Below are positions 18,396 through 28,410 of a stretch of DNA of 64,000 nucleotides, in pieces; the stretch's first letter is position 1; every line of letters begins with the position of its first letter. The notes beneath the pieces are model-generated. The model was not told the origin of the DNA. It made no database searches and worked only from the letters and a program-made list of their open reading frames with translations. Where the stretch lies: the NCBI GenBank assembly GCA_046350335.1, contig JAXMAQ010000017.1:57165-121164 (forward strand), given 5' to 3'. Source of the DNA: Planctomycetota bacterium. Its GTDB lineage: Bacteria > Planctomycetota > Planctomycetia > Kolteriales > Kolteriaceae. The position numbers and the translations under genes are program-made.

Positions 18396-20318
18396 CTATT
18401 GGCGTTGATCGGGTAGCGTGCTTCGGTCTGACCCTCGGGGATGGTGACGACGATGCCGCGCCCACCTGGGGGCTGGAAGGGAAAAGTAAAGGGCAATGGG
18501 AGCGTTATACCCCTCTTTTCGCTCGGCAATCACCTTCAATTCCATGGAACCGTTCTGAACCAGGGGAACTTTCGGCTCGACGACCGAGATCTTGAAGGGA
18601 GCCTCGTCGGTGACGGCGACCGCCAGCCGATCGACGCTCGTTTGATAGTAGACAGTGATGTTAGGTGGGCCGGTGACAAGGTCTACTTTCTGGAGCAGCG
18701 AGCCGCGAATTTTCTGATTGGGGTCGGCATGGGTGGCGAACAGGTCGACCAGTTTCCCGACGACCGGCGCGTCGGGAGCCGCTTCGAACACGACTGGGAC
18801 CAAGCCAAGATTATCGGCCATGTTTTCCGCTTGAACGGTGACCTTTTCTGGGAGTCCGTCAGCGCCGATGACTAGCTCGCCGCCAAAATTCACCCGATTG
18901 CCCTGAATCAACGTAGCGTAGCGATTGCCACGCGGCACCGGCACGGTTTGGCGTTCCTGGGAGCTTTGTGCCACTTGGGGAATGGATAGGGTCAGGGAAG
19001 CGGCAACGGGCTGAGTTTCGACGCGATAGACGTAGTCCGAACCTCCCTTGCCCAGGTGATCCGTGACGCGAATGAAGTATTCCCCGTCGGCGGGGGCTTG
19101 GAAACGGAGATAACTATCGGGGCCAAAGGCATCGTCATTACCGACGATGGCGTTGCCGTTGATGTCGTGCACGGTGAGGACCGCGTCGAGGGCGGACCGA
19201 AGCCGGCGAGCGTAGACGTGAATTTCAAAAACCTGACCCGCGCCCGCCTTGACCTTGAAGCAGTCGATGTCCCCTTTTTCGGAAATGATGCCATTACATG
19301 CCAAGGGGAGAGGGATGGGCGCCAAGGTTGCATTGGAGAACTCGTTGTTCGGCTCCGCCTCGAGCAGGTTTGTCAGATCGGTGACCCGGAACGGATTGGG
19401 GGATGGCGAAGACAGGCCATTTTGATCGAGAAAAAGACTGAAATCGGACTTAGGTGCTTCCGGCAATTTCACCGTTTGGGTCGCTTCGCCAGCGACATCG
19501 CCGAGGAATTTGAGGGTAAGTTCTTCTCCCACCTTGCCGCCGGAGGGATAAACGGCGCTCGGACGGGGGAAATTCCCGACATGCAGTCGGTATTGGCAAG
19601 AGCCGTTGCCGCCATAGGCGCTCTCGCGAACCTGTACGACATACTTGCCGTCCGCCGGCGCGATCACGGAGGCAAAGGTATCTTGCAGTAACAGGGCGGT
19701 ATCGTCGTTGGCGGCCAATTCAAAACGCTTTTCATCGAGAATGGCGACGTAAACGTCGAAGAGCGTGATTCCCAGGCGAATGGCTTCGACCTCGGCGCTG
19801 ATGCGGTCTCCCTTTTTCGCCTCGACCACGAAATAGTCCACGTCTTCGTTTTCGACCGTGCCCGCGACCGTAGTATTGATGGGAATTGCTTGTGGTTTTG
19901 CAAATTCGTTATTGGGCTCCGTCTCGGCGAGGGCGGGAAACATTCCGACTTGAAAAACGCGAAGTTCGGAAATACCGGTCGCGGTTCGCAATCGGAGCGG
20001 ATGTTCGCCGAGCGAACAATCGGGGGCAATCTTGATCTTCGCCTTCACCTGGTTGTTATTGACGACTTCGAGGCCAAGCACCTCAATGCCGGGCTTGTAG
20101 AAGAGGATCTGCTGCGCGTCGGAGAGGCGATCTCCGCCGAGGAAGATCTCCATCTCCGTGCCGCGCTGTCCTCCCCAGGGGTTGACAGCGCCGAGAGTGG
20201 GAGAAGCCCCGTTCGCCGCGTCAACGCCGGTGAGCGCCGCGACGAAAGGAACAACCGCGAGAGTCAAAAAACGGAGCAACGTTCGCGCGGGGCGAATGTG
20301 GGAAACGGTTGCAGACAT
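18396..20318 (-). CDS. Secreted protein with two PPC (pre-peptidase C-terminal) domains; 3' end apparently frameshifted
   Basis: Signal peptide, then two copies of the EPNNEF…G(T/I)…(D/E)(V/I)D(Y/C)F motif. Past a G5 run (plus strand 18468-18472) the protein-like sequence continues in another frame (PGGRGIVVTIPEGQTEARYPINANSGGQTRKWKVVVILPGDG…). The real product probably extends to about 18216 across one or two frameshifts. Confidence 0.65.
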   Translation of the reverse strand: MSATVSHIRPARTLLRFLTLAVVPFVAALTGVDAANGASPTLGAVNPWGGQRGTEMEIFLGGDRLSDAQQILFYKPGIEVLGLEVVNNNQVKAKIKIAPDCSLGEHPLRLRTATGISELRVFQVGMFPALAETEPNNEFAKPQAIPINTTVAGTVENEDVDYFVVEAKKGDRISAEVEAIRLGITLFDVYVAILDEKRFELAANDDTALLLQDTFASVIAPADGKYVVQVRESAYGGNGSCQYRLHVGNFPRPSAVYPSGGKVGEELTLKFLGDVAGEATQTVKLPEAPKSDFSLFLDQNGLSSPSPNPFRVTDLTNLLEAEPNNEFSNATLAPIPLPLACNGIISEKGDIDCFKVKAGAGQVFEIHVYARRLRSALDAVLTVHDINGNAIVGNDDAFGPDSYLRFQAPADGEYFIRVTDHLGKGGSDYVYRVETQPVAASLTLSIPQVAQSSQERQTVPVPRGNRYATLIQGNRVNFGGELVIGADGLPEKVTVQAENMADNLGLVPVVFEAAPDAPVVGKLVDLFATHADPNQKIRGSLLQKVDLVTGPPNITVYYQTSVDRLAVAVTDEAPFKISVVEPKVPLVQNGSMELKVIAERKEGYNAPIALYFSLPAPRWARHRRHHPRGSDRSTLPDQRQ

Positions 20319-20390
20319 CGACGTCCTCGTGCAATGGTTTTGCGTCGCGGGACCGCCATCGACATCCGTGCTTTTGGCGTCCGTAAGCGA

Positions 20391-21782
20391 TTACGCGATG
20401 AGATCCTTGACCACTTTTCCGCCGTCCACAATCTCGATGGGCCGATCTCCGGGTGCCATCAGTTCCTTGTCGGCGACGATGCCCAGCTGTTTGTAGACCG
20501 TGGTGGCGAGGTCTTCGATACCCAGGGGATCTTTTTCTGGTTCCGATGCGGTCGCGTCCGATGTGCCGTAGATGAAGCCCTTTTTGATGCCTCCACCGGC
20601 GAGCACGACGCTGAAAACCTTGGGCCAATGGTCGCGGCCCGCCGTGCCATTGATCTTGGGGTAGCGAACTCGGACAGGGCCATCACCAAGGTGCTGTCGA
20701 GCAATCCACGTTGCTCGAGGTCGCGGATCAAGGTGGCCGAACGCGACGTCAAGGCCGGCAATTGATTTGCCATTCCGCCTCTCGCACGTCGTTGTGCATC
20801 CCATCCACCATAAGTCAAAGGAGACGAACCGAACGCCCGCTTCGACGAGTCGGCGGGCAGAGCAGCATGCGTTGGCCCGCGGCGTTCCTGCCGTATTTGT
20901 CGCGCAGTTCCGTTCAGCACCGCGTGGATGACGAACGCTTCGCGCGCTGCTGCCGAACTGATGAGCCCGTAGGCTTTCTGATAGAAAGAGTCCGTAGCGT
21001 CGGAAGAGCATCAGACTTTTTCCTTTTTGGCGAAATACTCATCGACGGCAGCGAGAATGCCGCGACGGCTATTGAACGCATCTCATCGATGCCGCGAGGC
21101 CAAAGCCAAGTCTTGTACGCGGAAGTCGCCGCTCGCCGGATCGCTTCAGGCTGAACGGTCGTACACCGAACTCAGGTAGCCGCTGCCGGCGAGTGGTCGG
21201 CATGCTCAGGTCACAGACGTAGGGAGGAAGATTGTTGCGCTCGATGCTGCGACTCGTGAGACACCCGCTCCCATGCTCGGAAAGATGAGCGGGGACTCGG
21301 CTTGTAGCCGGTGAACATGTTGTGGGTGCCGCGTTCGTAGGCTGCTTCGCCATGGGTCATGGACCGGCAGATCGTGATCTTGTCCGCGATCTGTGCCGTT
21401 TCTTTAAGCATTTCGTTGATGCGTTCGCCTGGAATCTTGGTCTCGATGGAGCCCATGTCTCCCCGGTATTCGACGACGGGCATAGGGCTTCGGATCGAAG
21501 GATTCTTGATGCGCTATGCCACCCGGCAGGAGATGTGGATGACCGATTTCGCGCCTGACCTTCAACGCTCTGGTAGTTCTTTTGCTCGCCTCACTTGGCG
21601 CTTTTGCCCGGAAGAAGTCGCCGAGGGTCAATCAACCCGCCACGTAGCCGGTAAAAAAGGAAATCTCGCCGGGACTTACGGCGAAAATGAGCAGGATCAT
21701 CGTGCCAGGTGCCGCTTGATCTTCTTTCCATGATCGTACTCCGAGTCACCCACGTGGAGGCATTTCCTGTGCCCATAGCCAT
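20391..21782 (-). pseudogene. DUF1501-family (sulfatase-like, Tat-secreted) gene disrupted by at least five frameshifts
   Basis: Fragments in three minus-strand frames align colinearly with the intact DUF1501 at 37338-38783: RRDFL Tat motif, HQESFDPKP, RSMTHGEAAYERGTHNMFTGY, ALTSRSATLIRDLEQRGLLDSTLV, then NGTAGRDHWPKVFSVVLAGGGIKKGFIYGTSD…VDGGKVVKDLIA. Confidence 0.7.
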
Positions 21783-22516
21783 TGCCGGAAGGCGAGAACC
21801 TCATGAAACCCTGAAACTCATCATCCATGATTTCGCGTGGAGATTCGAGCCTTCGAATCCCCAATGAAGCTTGGCTGCATCCTGCGTGCCGAGATCGGAC
21901 GATTCGTCCGAGGTTTGCTCCCAGAAACCACCGCCGTACGGACTATTCCTACGTTACCCTGCGTTTTGGTCGACAGACGCGTGGGACGGACGGTTGGAGG
22001 GAGGCGGGACCGCGTGCCTGCAGCGGGCTCCCAGGTTGGTTATGTATGGCTGGTAACGATCGATTCTTCCAGCGCCTTTTTCTCGTCTATCGACAAGTTC
22101 TTTATCGCTCGTTTGAAAAATCGAGTGCGTGTCCGAATCAGTCTAAGTCTCCTGGTCGCGATGTCGAAATATTCCACCAGGGTCGCCGCCATGCCGTCAG
22201 GCTGGCGAAAATTTACCGGATCTTCTGGGCCCAAGGTCATGCTTCGGCAGCATTAGACTCACCGGGTGGCAAGGGGTTCCCAGGTTTTCATTACACCTGC
22301 ATGTTCCGGCACGGTAAAGGGTTGCTGATTTTCCGGCTTGCCGCGAATGGTGTTAAAGGTAGGCGTTCCGTAAGTGTATTTCTGGAATGGCTTTGGTGGT
22401 TTTTGCCCTGATTGGCGAGAAATCCGCGGATTCAATACCCGCGTGAGGAATTGGCTGGTTGGCGGGACGGATGGGCTAGAATTGAGGCGTAAGGCGGTAG
22501 AGGTCGAATTCAGTCC

Positions 22517-23704
22517 ATGCGGATCCGTGTTCTCGAATTGGCGGAATCATTTCGATCCTTCCCGAGACCATTCGCCGCCACTGCGGCAGTTCCACTGCTC
22601 ATCCCTTCCTTGTTGGAAGCGGACACCGTGCGATTTCGCGAAGGGCGAGAGATCGTCGAGGTGGAAGGGAACGTGCTCGCGGAGGACCGTGTCGGCACGG
22701 TCATGCTCGAAGGACGGGACGGCGCCCATTACTTTATCTCGTCGGACGCGCTCATTGAGCGAAAAAAGGCGGAGAAGCCAACCGAACCGTACACGAAACT
22801 TCAATTGCGCGCCGCTCTGGAGAGAGAGTTAGGTCCTCGATTTCGTTTCGATCAGACCAAACATTATCTCGTCGCCTATAGTTGCGCGCCCGAGTACGCC
22901 CAGCAAGCCAGTTCGCTTTTTGAACGCGCATTTTCGGTCTTCACGAATTATTTCAGTCGAAGGGGTGGTTTTCGATTCACGGCTCCCAAACAGCCGCTGG
23001 TTGCCATCATCTGCTCTTCACGCGAGGAATACGTCAAGTTGCTGTCGAAGGAACTCGGTCCATTGGCGGCGTCGACGGCGGGTGTTTACATGCCAACGAC
23101 CAATCGCATGTACATGTACGATGCCCTTGGTGGCGAGACGGCGGAATATCTCCGAACCGCGCCCAAATCCGCCTCCGCGCCCGATGGATTCGCCCTACTT
23201 CTGCGGGAGCAGAACGTCTCCACCATCGTGCATGAATCGATTCATCAGATCGCGTACAACTCCGGGTTTCACAATCGGCACGTGCGCAATCCTGTGTGGC
23301 TGGTGGAGGGGATGGCGACATTTTTTGAGACTCCCGATCTCGACGCCAAGGGGGGCTGGGGGGGCGTTGGGAACGTAAACCGGGAGCGATTGGAACGGTT
23401 TCAGCAAAGGTTTTCGAGCAGGCCGAAGGATTCCCTGCGACGGCTGATTCTGGACGACACCCTGTTTCGTCAGCCGGACACGGCGAACGACGCCTATGCC
23501 GAAGCCTGGGCCTTGACGTACTTTCTGTGCAAGGCGAAGTCGAAGTCGTATGTGGAGTATCTAAAGATTCTGAACGCACGGCCGCCGATGGTCGAATATT
23601 CCGCCGAGGATCGCGTTCGGGATTTCCGGACGGCATTTGGCAAATCCCCCGAGGATGTCGACACGGATTTCCGAAAGTACATGTCTCGAGTCATGTTCAA
23701 ATGA
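22517..23704 (+). CDS. DUF1570-family protein with an HExxH zinc-metallopeptidase-like motif
   Basis: 395 aa. IVHESIHQIAYN contains HExxH. The length and overall architecture fit the Planctomycete-specific DUF1570 family. Confidence 0.7.
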   Translation: MRIRVLELAESFRSFPRPFAATAAVPLLIPSLLEADTVRFREGREIVEVEGNVLAEDRVGTVMLEGRDGAHYFISSDALIERKKAEKPTEPYTKLQLRAALERELGPRFRFDQTKHYLVAYSCAPEYAQQASSLFERAFSVFTNYFSRRGGFRFTAPKQPLVAIICSSREEYVKLLSKELGPLAASTAGVYMPTTNRMYMYDALGGETAEYLRTAPKSASAPDGFALLLREQNVSTIVHESIHQIAYNSGFHNRHVRNPVWLVEGMATFFETPDLDAKGGWGGVGNVNRERLERFQQRFSSRPKDSLRRLILDDTLFRQPDTANDAYAEAWALTYFLCKAKSKSYVEYLKILNARPPMVEYSAEDRVRDFRTAFGKSPEDVDTDFRKYMSRVMFK

Positions 23705-23827
23705 GGGAAATGTAATTGGCGGAACGTTCGTCGTTTCGCGCTCTTGTCTTAGGTTGACTAGACCGATAGAAAGAAGCGTCTATCGACGGGAATCTAGCCG
23801 ACTTTTGTTTCATGGAGAGTCAAGCCA

Positions 23828-24434
23828 ATGGGGCATTACACTGGCCCTAAGGGACGAATCAATCGACGTTTGGGCGCTTTGATTTACGAAGCCTCGGGGG
23901 CGGCGCGGGCGCTGGAACGGCGCGATTATCCGCCGGGTATGCACACCCGCCGGGGGAAGATGTCCAATTACGGAATTGGGCTCAACGAAAAGCAGAAGAT
24001 CAAGCACTATTATGGCTTGGGCGAGCGGCAGCTCCGTCGGTATTACGAGCGTGCCAGCCGGATGGCGGGCAACACTGGCGAGAACATGCTTTTGATCTGC
24101 GAGCGGCGTTTGGACAACGTCGTCCGACGTGCCGGAAAACCGCGCGTACCCGGTCGCAAGCCCGGCGAAACTTGTTCATTGCCATTTCGCGGTTAATGGC
24201 GTGAAGGTGAACAAGCCATCATTCCTGGTTCGGCCGGGCGACGTCATCACCGTCGTTCAAGTCAAGTTGCAGGGGGTCTATCAGGCGATCATCGATGGCC
24301 TGAAAGCGGATCCCATTCCGTGGGTGAATTTCGAAGCGGATGCTCTTCGCGCCACGGTGACCGGTTATCCTGGGAAGACCGACATCAGCCTCCCCGTTGA
24401 AATCGGGTTGGTTATCGAGTTCATGTCCCGCTAA
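23828..24434 (+). CDS. rpsD: 30S ribosomal protein S4, interrupted by an apparent +1 frameshift at an A4 run (24136-24139)
   Basis: N-terminus MGHYTGPKGRINRRLG…ERRLDNVVRRAG is in one frame (ORF 23828-24196). The S4 domain RAYPVASPAKLVHCHFAVNGVKVNKPSFLVRPGDVITV… is in the +1 frame (ORF 24129-24434). Deleting one A restores a canonical S4. Confidence 0.85.
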
Positions 24435-24453
24435 CTGATGGTTGAAATCGAGA

Positions 24454-24495
24454 AGAGTGCGTCCTGGCAAAGGGCGCGCTCTTTTTCTTTTCTTG
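24454..24495 (+). terminator. Putative rho-independent terminator after rpsD
   Basis: Stem AGAGTGCG…CGCGCTCT (8 bp, one G·U) followed by TTTTCTTTTCTT. Confidence 0.45.
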
Positions 24496-24624
24496 GAATG
24501 TTTCAGCGACTCCCCTCTTTTGCTCTCGCGCGGTCGAGCACCCCGCCAAACCCGCTACCGAGCTGGCGTGCGTCGCCGGCATATGGAATGCAGAGCCGTC
24601 ACGAACCGATATTGAGATCCTTGC

Positions 24625-24930
24625 CTAGTTCTCGCTGAAATCGAACTTAGGAGCCGCACGGCTACTCAGAGGATTCTCAACGAACCTTTGGCGACAGGGG
24701 GCACAAAGATCCAGATGGAAAGCTTCGGGACGAACGGAATCCGAAGACTCGGATTCCTCTTCCTCGGCTTTGAGTAATTGGCTGACCTTCTCGAGGTTAT
24801 CCTCGTCGATGTCTTCTTCGCTTAACTCCCAGGGGGAATTGGCTGGCCGGACATCGATACGCACGACATATCGTTCCTTGGCATCTTCCGGCATCTCTTT
24901 ACCACACATGTCGCAGGTAAAGTGAATCAT
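24625..24930 (-). CDS. Hypothetical small zinc-ribbon protein
   Basis: CDMCGKE…CAPC pair of Cys dyads and an acidic central region. Confidence 0.45.
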   Translation of the reverse strand: MIHFTCDMCGKEMPEDAKERYVVRIDVRPANSPWELSEEDIDEDNLEKVSQLLKAEEEESESSDSVRPEAFHLDLCAPCRQRFVENPLSSRAAPKFDFSEN

Positions 24931-25448
24931 TCGAACTGGCCTCCCCAACGACTGGCATCCCACCGACTCGAAACGGGATCGACGACATGGGTTGGGGGAA
25001 GTGGAGGGACGTCTTCCGCTCTTCCCGAGACGAAGATCACCAAGCCGAATCGGCTTCCACGTGAACTCGAATTTCCGACGTCGAACCTACAATTTGTTGC
25101 AAGGTAGCACTCCGCAACTCGCGACAGCGAGGTGGGCAACCCGATCCAGTGGTTCGCGCTCCATAAGGTTCGAAACCTTTTCCCTGCCGGTGACGAAATC
25201 GTGATCCACGGAGTTCGTCGCCTTGCGACGGCTGGAGGTGTTGTGCTCTATGAACGACGAGAAATCCAGGCTCGTTACTCGATCATACCCGGGCAAAAAA
25301 CGCGTGCATAGCCCTATCCAGCAAATTATCTTGTGCGCGCAAATACTTATCACGACTTTCTTTTTATCGGGAATTTCGACGCAGTTCCGGCACTCGAAAG
25401 TCGGCGTTAAGGGCAACCTGATGGTACGATTCTCGGCGGGCGCGGGTG

Positions 25449-25703
25449 CTAGGAACGAAGTGGTTTTTGCCCATGCAACGCCCGCAATTCCTGAGCGGCG
25501 CGCCAACTCTCCGTCGTTGTTTGCAGAAAACGGGTAATGGACGCCGTGGAGACGCTGAGCAGGTCACCGAGGTCGGAGATTCTTCCTTGATGCTCGTGTA
25601 CAAGATCGAGCACGAATGCGATCGTGGGAAGAAAACGTGGGTCTCGCGCGGGGAAATCGAGAGAGTTTGAAGATCGAAAGGCTTCGAGGGATGCGGGCGT
25701 CAC
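25449..25703 (-). CDS. Putative small winged-helix (ArsR-like) transcriptional regulator
   Basis: DPRFLPTIAFVLDLVHEHQGRISDLGDLLSVSTASITRFLQ resembles an ArsR/SmtB HTH recognition helix. The assignment is weak. Confidence 0.35.
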   Translation of the reverse strand: MTPASLEAFRSSNSLDFPARDPRFLPTIAFVLDLVHEHQGRISDLGDLLSVSTASITRFLQTTTESWRAAQELRALHGQKPLRS

Positions 25704-25973
25704 CGGTTGCCTGTGCTGGAAAGCGAGAGCCTCACGGAGTCGGCGGATCGCTCGTTTCTGGTTTTCCGGGCGATATCTGCTTTCGGTGGCCGTTGGGGAA
25801 TGAGACCGGTGGGCAAGTGGCGGAGTCGAACGGCGGCGGAGTCGGTTTGTTCGCTACGAAATTGCCCCCTGGGCCGCTCGCGCGATAGTGGTCCTCCTCG
25901 CGTTGCGCAAGGAGTTCGGTGTCCGAGAGGCTCCACCAATCGATGCGCGCGTCCCCGGGCCCCGGCGCGTCTC

Positions 25974-26204
25974 TCAATGTTCCGTATCGTCCGTCAAAGA
26001 GAGGGCAAGCAACCCACCCACCACGGCTCCACCGATTGGAATCAATCCCCCGGCGGCCAAAATCATCGGCAGCGATTCCCGCTCCACGATCGCGAACATG
26101 AACAACACGAAAAGAAAGGAGCCGAAGGCGGACCAGGCAACCACCTTGCCGACGAATTTGAAGTCGATAGTTACCGCGTCGCTCTCTTGCTGTTGCTCTG
26201 CCAT
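25974..26204 (-). CDS. Hypothetical small two-TM membrane protein
   Basis: 76 aa with two hydrophobic helices. A GAGGA ribosome-binding site lies 8-12 nt upstream of the ATG. Confidence 0.45.
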   Translation of the reverse strand: MAEQQQESDAVTIDFKFVGKVVAWSAFGSFLFVLFMFAIVERESLPMILAAGGLIPIGGAVVGGLLALSLTDDTEH

Positions 26205-26322
26205 CGATGCTTTCCTCGGTAGTTGAAACGGCCGGCAAAATTTATCGCGGTCATTTTAGAAGAAATCCGCCCGAATGGCGATTGTCCCGCGCTGGGGAAA
26301 TTCAAGGTTGCCCCTGCGACAA

Positions 26323-27309
26323 TCACGGGGCGAGCCGATCTCCCCAGTGCAACTTCTCGGTGAGAGTCCGGTAATAACTTCGCCCGCGGAGACGGGCCAA
26401 TTGAAAATCGACTGCCGACCGTCGGACGACCACCTGGTGATTGGGCGTCAGCGGTAGCTGGATATGCCCGTCGATGATCAAGGTCGTGCCTCCGGAGGCT
26501 TTGGGGCACCGAAGTTGGAACTCACGGTTGGACGATTCGACCAAAGGTCGCCAGGTAAGTCCATGAGGACAGACGGGCGTGATCACGACGGCGTCTAGCG
26601 ATTGCACGAGGATGGGTCCCCCCGCGGCGAGACTGTGCGCCGTGCTGCCGATCGGCGTGCTCAGGATCAGGCCGTCGCCACTAAAGGTCGTGACTGGTTC
26701 CCCGTCAATCGTCAGTTCGATGTCGATGATCTGGAAGGGTGGGCCAGCGGAAACGACGACTTCGTTGAGGACGCGGTATTTGCGGGGGGAATGGGAATTC
26801 TGGATTCGTCCGACGGCACATTCGAGGGTGACGTGGCGACTGACGCCAAATTGGCCCGCCAGGACTTCCGGACAAACGGAACAGAACTCATCCGGCGTCA
26901 GTTCCGCGAGAAATCCCAGCCGTCCCAGATTGATGCCCAGCACGGGGATTTGCCGTTCGCCAAGCTGATGCGCAGCGCGCAGTATCGCGCCGTCTCCTCC
27001 CAGGACGATCGCCAGATCCGCTTCGTGGTTTTCCATCGAGGTTTGACCGCTGAGATCGAACCCCGCAATGGTTCCGCCGTTGGACTCCACGACGTTGCGA
27101 ATCTCGTCCGCGTGCGCCACCACTTGCTCTTTCCGCCCGTTTCCCAGTAGGAGGAACCGGCGGGGTGGGGTGGGGTATTGCAGATTCCCGGCCGAACTGC
27201 TCGTCACGTTCTGCTTCCTTCCTTGCGAATCGATTTGATTTCCGATCTTCTCTACAAGTCGTCGCCGGGCGCGCGAACCGTAAAGGGAGCACCGGAGTAC
27301 GAGGAGCAT
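26323..27309 (-). CDS. nadK: NAD(+) kinase
   Basis: GGDGAILRAAHQLGERQIPVLGINLGRLGFL and NEVVV motifs are present. The true start may lie internal to this ORF. Confidence 0.85.
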   Translation of the reverse strand: MLLVLRCSLYGSRARRRLVEKIGNQIDSQGRKQNVTSSSAGNLQYPTPPRRFLLLGNGRKEQVVAHADEIRNVVESNGGTIAGFDLSGQTSMENHEADLAIVLGGDGAILRAAHQLGERQIPVLGINLGRLGFLAELTPDEFCSVCPEVLAGQFGVSRHVTLECAVGRIQNSHSPRKYRVLNEVVVSAGPPFQIIDIELTIDGEPVTTFSGDGLILSTPIGSTAHSLAAGGPILVQSLDAVVITPVCPHGLTWRPLVESSNREFQLRCPKASGGTTLIIDGHIQLPLTPNHQVVVRRSAVDFQLARLRGRSYYRTLTEKLHWGDRLAP

Positions 27310-27510
27310 CCGATCCTATCATCTCTCTCGGCTTTCACCAGGGGAACCGGCGGACGAACAGCATTCCCGCGTGAGAACGGTGAAAATGTACCTTCCCCGC
27401 TTGCGATTGTTCAAGGGCATGTGGTAAGGTCGCCAGCGAATGGAGACAACAACCTGGACGAAAGCGCCCCATTCGTGACGGCGCATCATCGGTTTTGACG
27501 GAGGCGCGCA

Positions 27511-28410
27511 GTGAAACGAATCGGCGTGATTGATTTCGATACGTCCCATGTCTTCCAATTCGTCAGCCGTCTCAACCATGTCGGCATTGCCGAGGATCAA
27601 TGGGTGGAGGGGGCGACCGTGGTGGTCGGCTGTCCCGGTAAATCCGAGATCTACCCGCAGCGGATTCCTGAAGAAACCGAGAAGATCAAAAAGCTCGGAT
27701 TGGAGTTGGTGAGCTCTCCGGAGGATATGCTCAAATACGACCTCGACGCCGTCTTCATCGAGTCCAACAGCGGCTTGCAGCACCTTGAACGCGCGGAGTT
27801 TTTCCTCAAACACAAGCTTCCCTTGTTCGTCGACAAGCCCTTCACTTGTTCTTCGCGCGACGCCGAGAGGATTTTCGAACTCGCGGACCAGGCGGGAGTT
27901 CCCGTGTTCAGCAGTTCCTCCTTGCGTTATGCTCCGGAAGTGGTGGCCTTCAAGGCGAGTAACACCGCCAACAGTCCCACGCTAGGCTGCATGACCTGGG
28001 GCCCTGCTTCCCTTGACCCCAAGAATCCCGGGCTTTATCACTACGGAATCCACGCGGTTGAAATGCTCTTCACCATCATGGGGGCCGGGTGCGAGTCCCT
28101 CAGTTGCACGACCACGCCGCAAGTCGATCTCGTCACGGGAACCTGGTCCGGGGGTAGGGTGGCGAGCGTGCGCGGCATACGGCCCTCGTCGGACTACGGC
28201 TTCGTAAGTTTCGTGGATGGGGCTTCCAAGCTGCAGCACGTTGGAACCGGGAACATTTACCGCGAACTCTTGAAGGCAATCGTCGGCATGCTGCAAACCG
28301 GAAAGTCCCCGGTCCCTCCCCAAGAGACGCTAGAGATTGTCCGCTTCATCGAATTGGCTGCGGAAAGCGCGGCCAATCATGGAGCGCTCCGCCACCTCAA
28401 GGGAGCTTGA
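27511..28410 (+). CDS. Gfo/Idh/MocA-family NAD(P)-dependent oxidoreductase
   Basis: N-terminal Rossmann fold (MKRIGVIDFDTSHV…) and a C-terminal alpha/beta domain. Confidence 0.8.
   Translation: MKRIGVIDFDTSHVFQFVSRLNHVGIAEDQWVEGATVVVGCPGKSEIYPQRIPEETEKIKKLGLELVSSPEDMLKYDLDAVFIESNSGLQHLERAEFFLKHKLPLFVDKPFTCSSRDAERIFELADQAGVPVFSSSSLRYAPEVVAFKASNTANSPTLGCMTWGPASLDPKNPGLYHYGIHAVEMLFTIMGAGCESLSCTTTPQVDLVTGTWSGGRVASVRGIRPSSDYGFVSFVDGASKLQHVGTGNIYRELLKAIVGMLQTGKSPVPPQETLEIVRFIELAAESAANHGALRHLKGA

Noticed and set aside
25110-25200. tRNA-like T-loop (AAGG-TTCGAAA-CCTT)
   Set aside because: No complementary acceptor stem, D-arm or anticodon arm could be built on either strand. It is not a tRNA.
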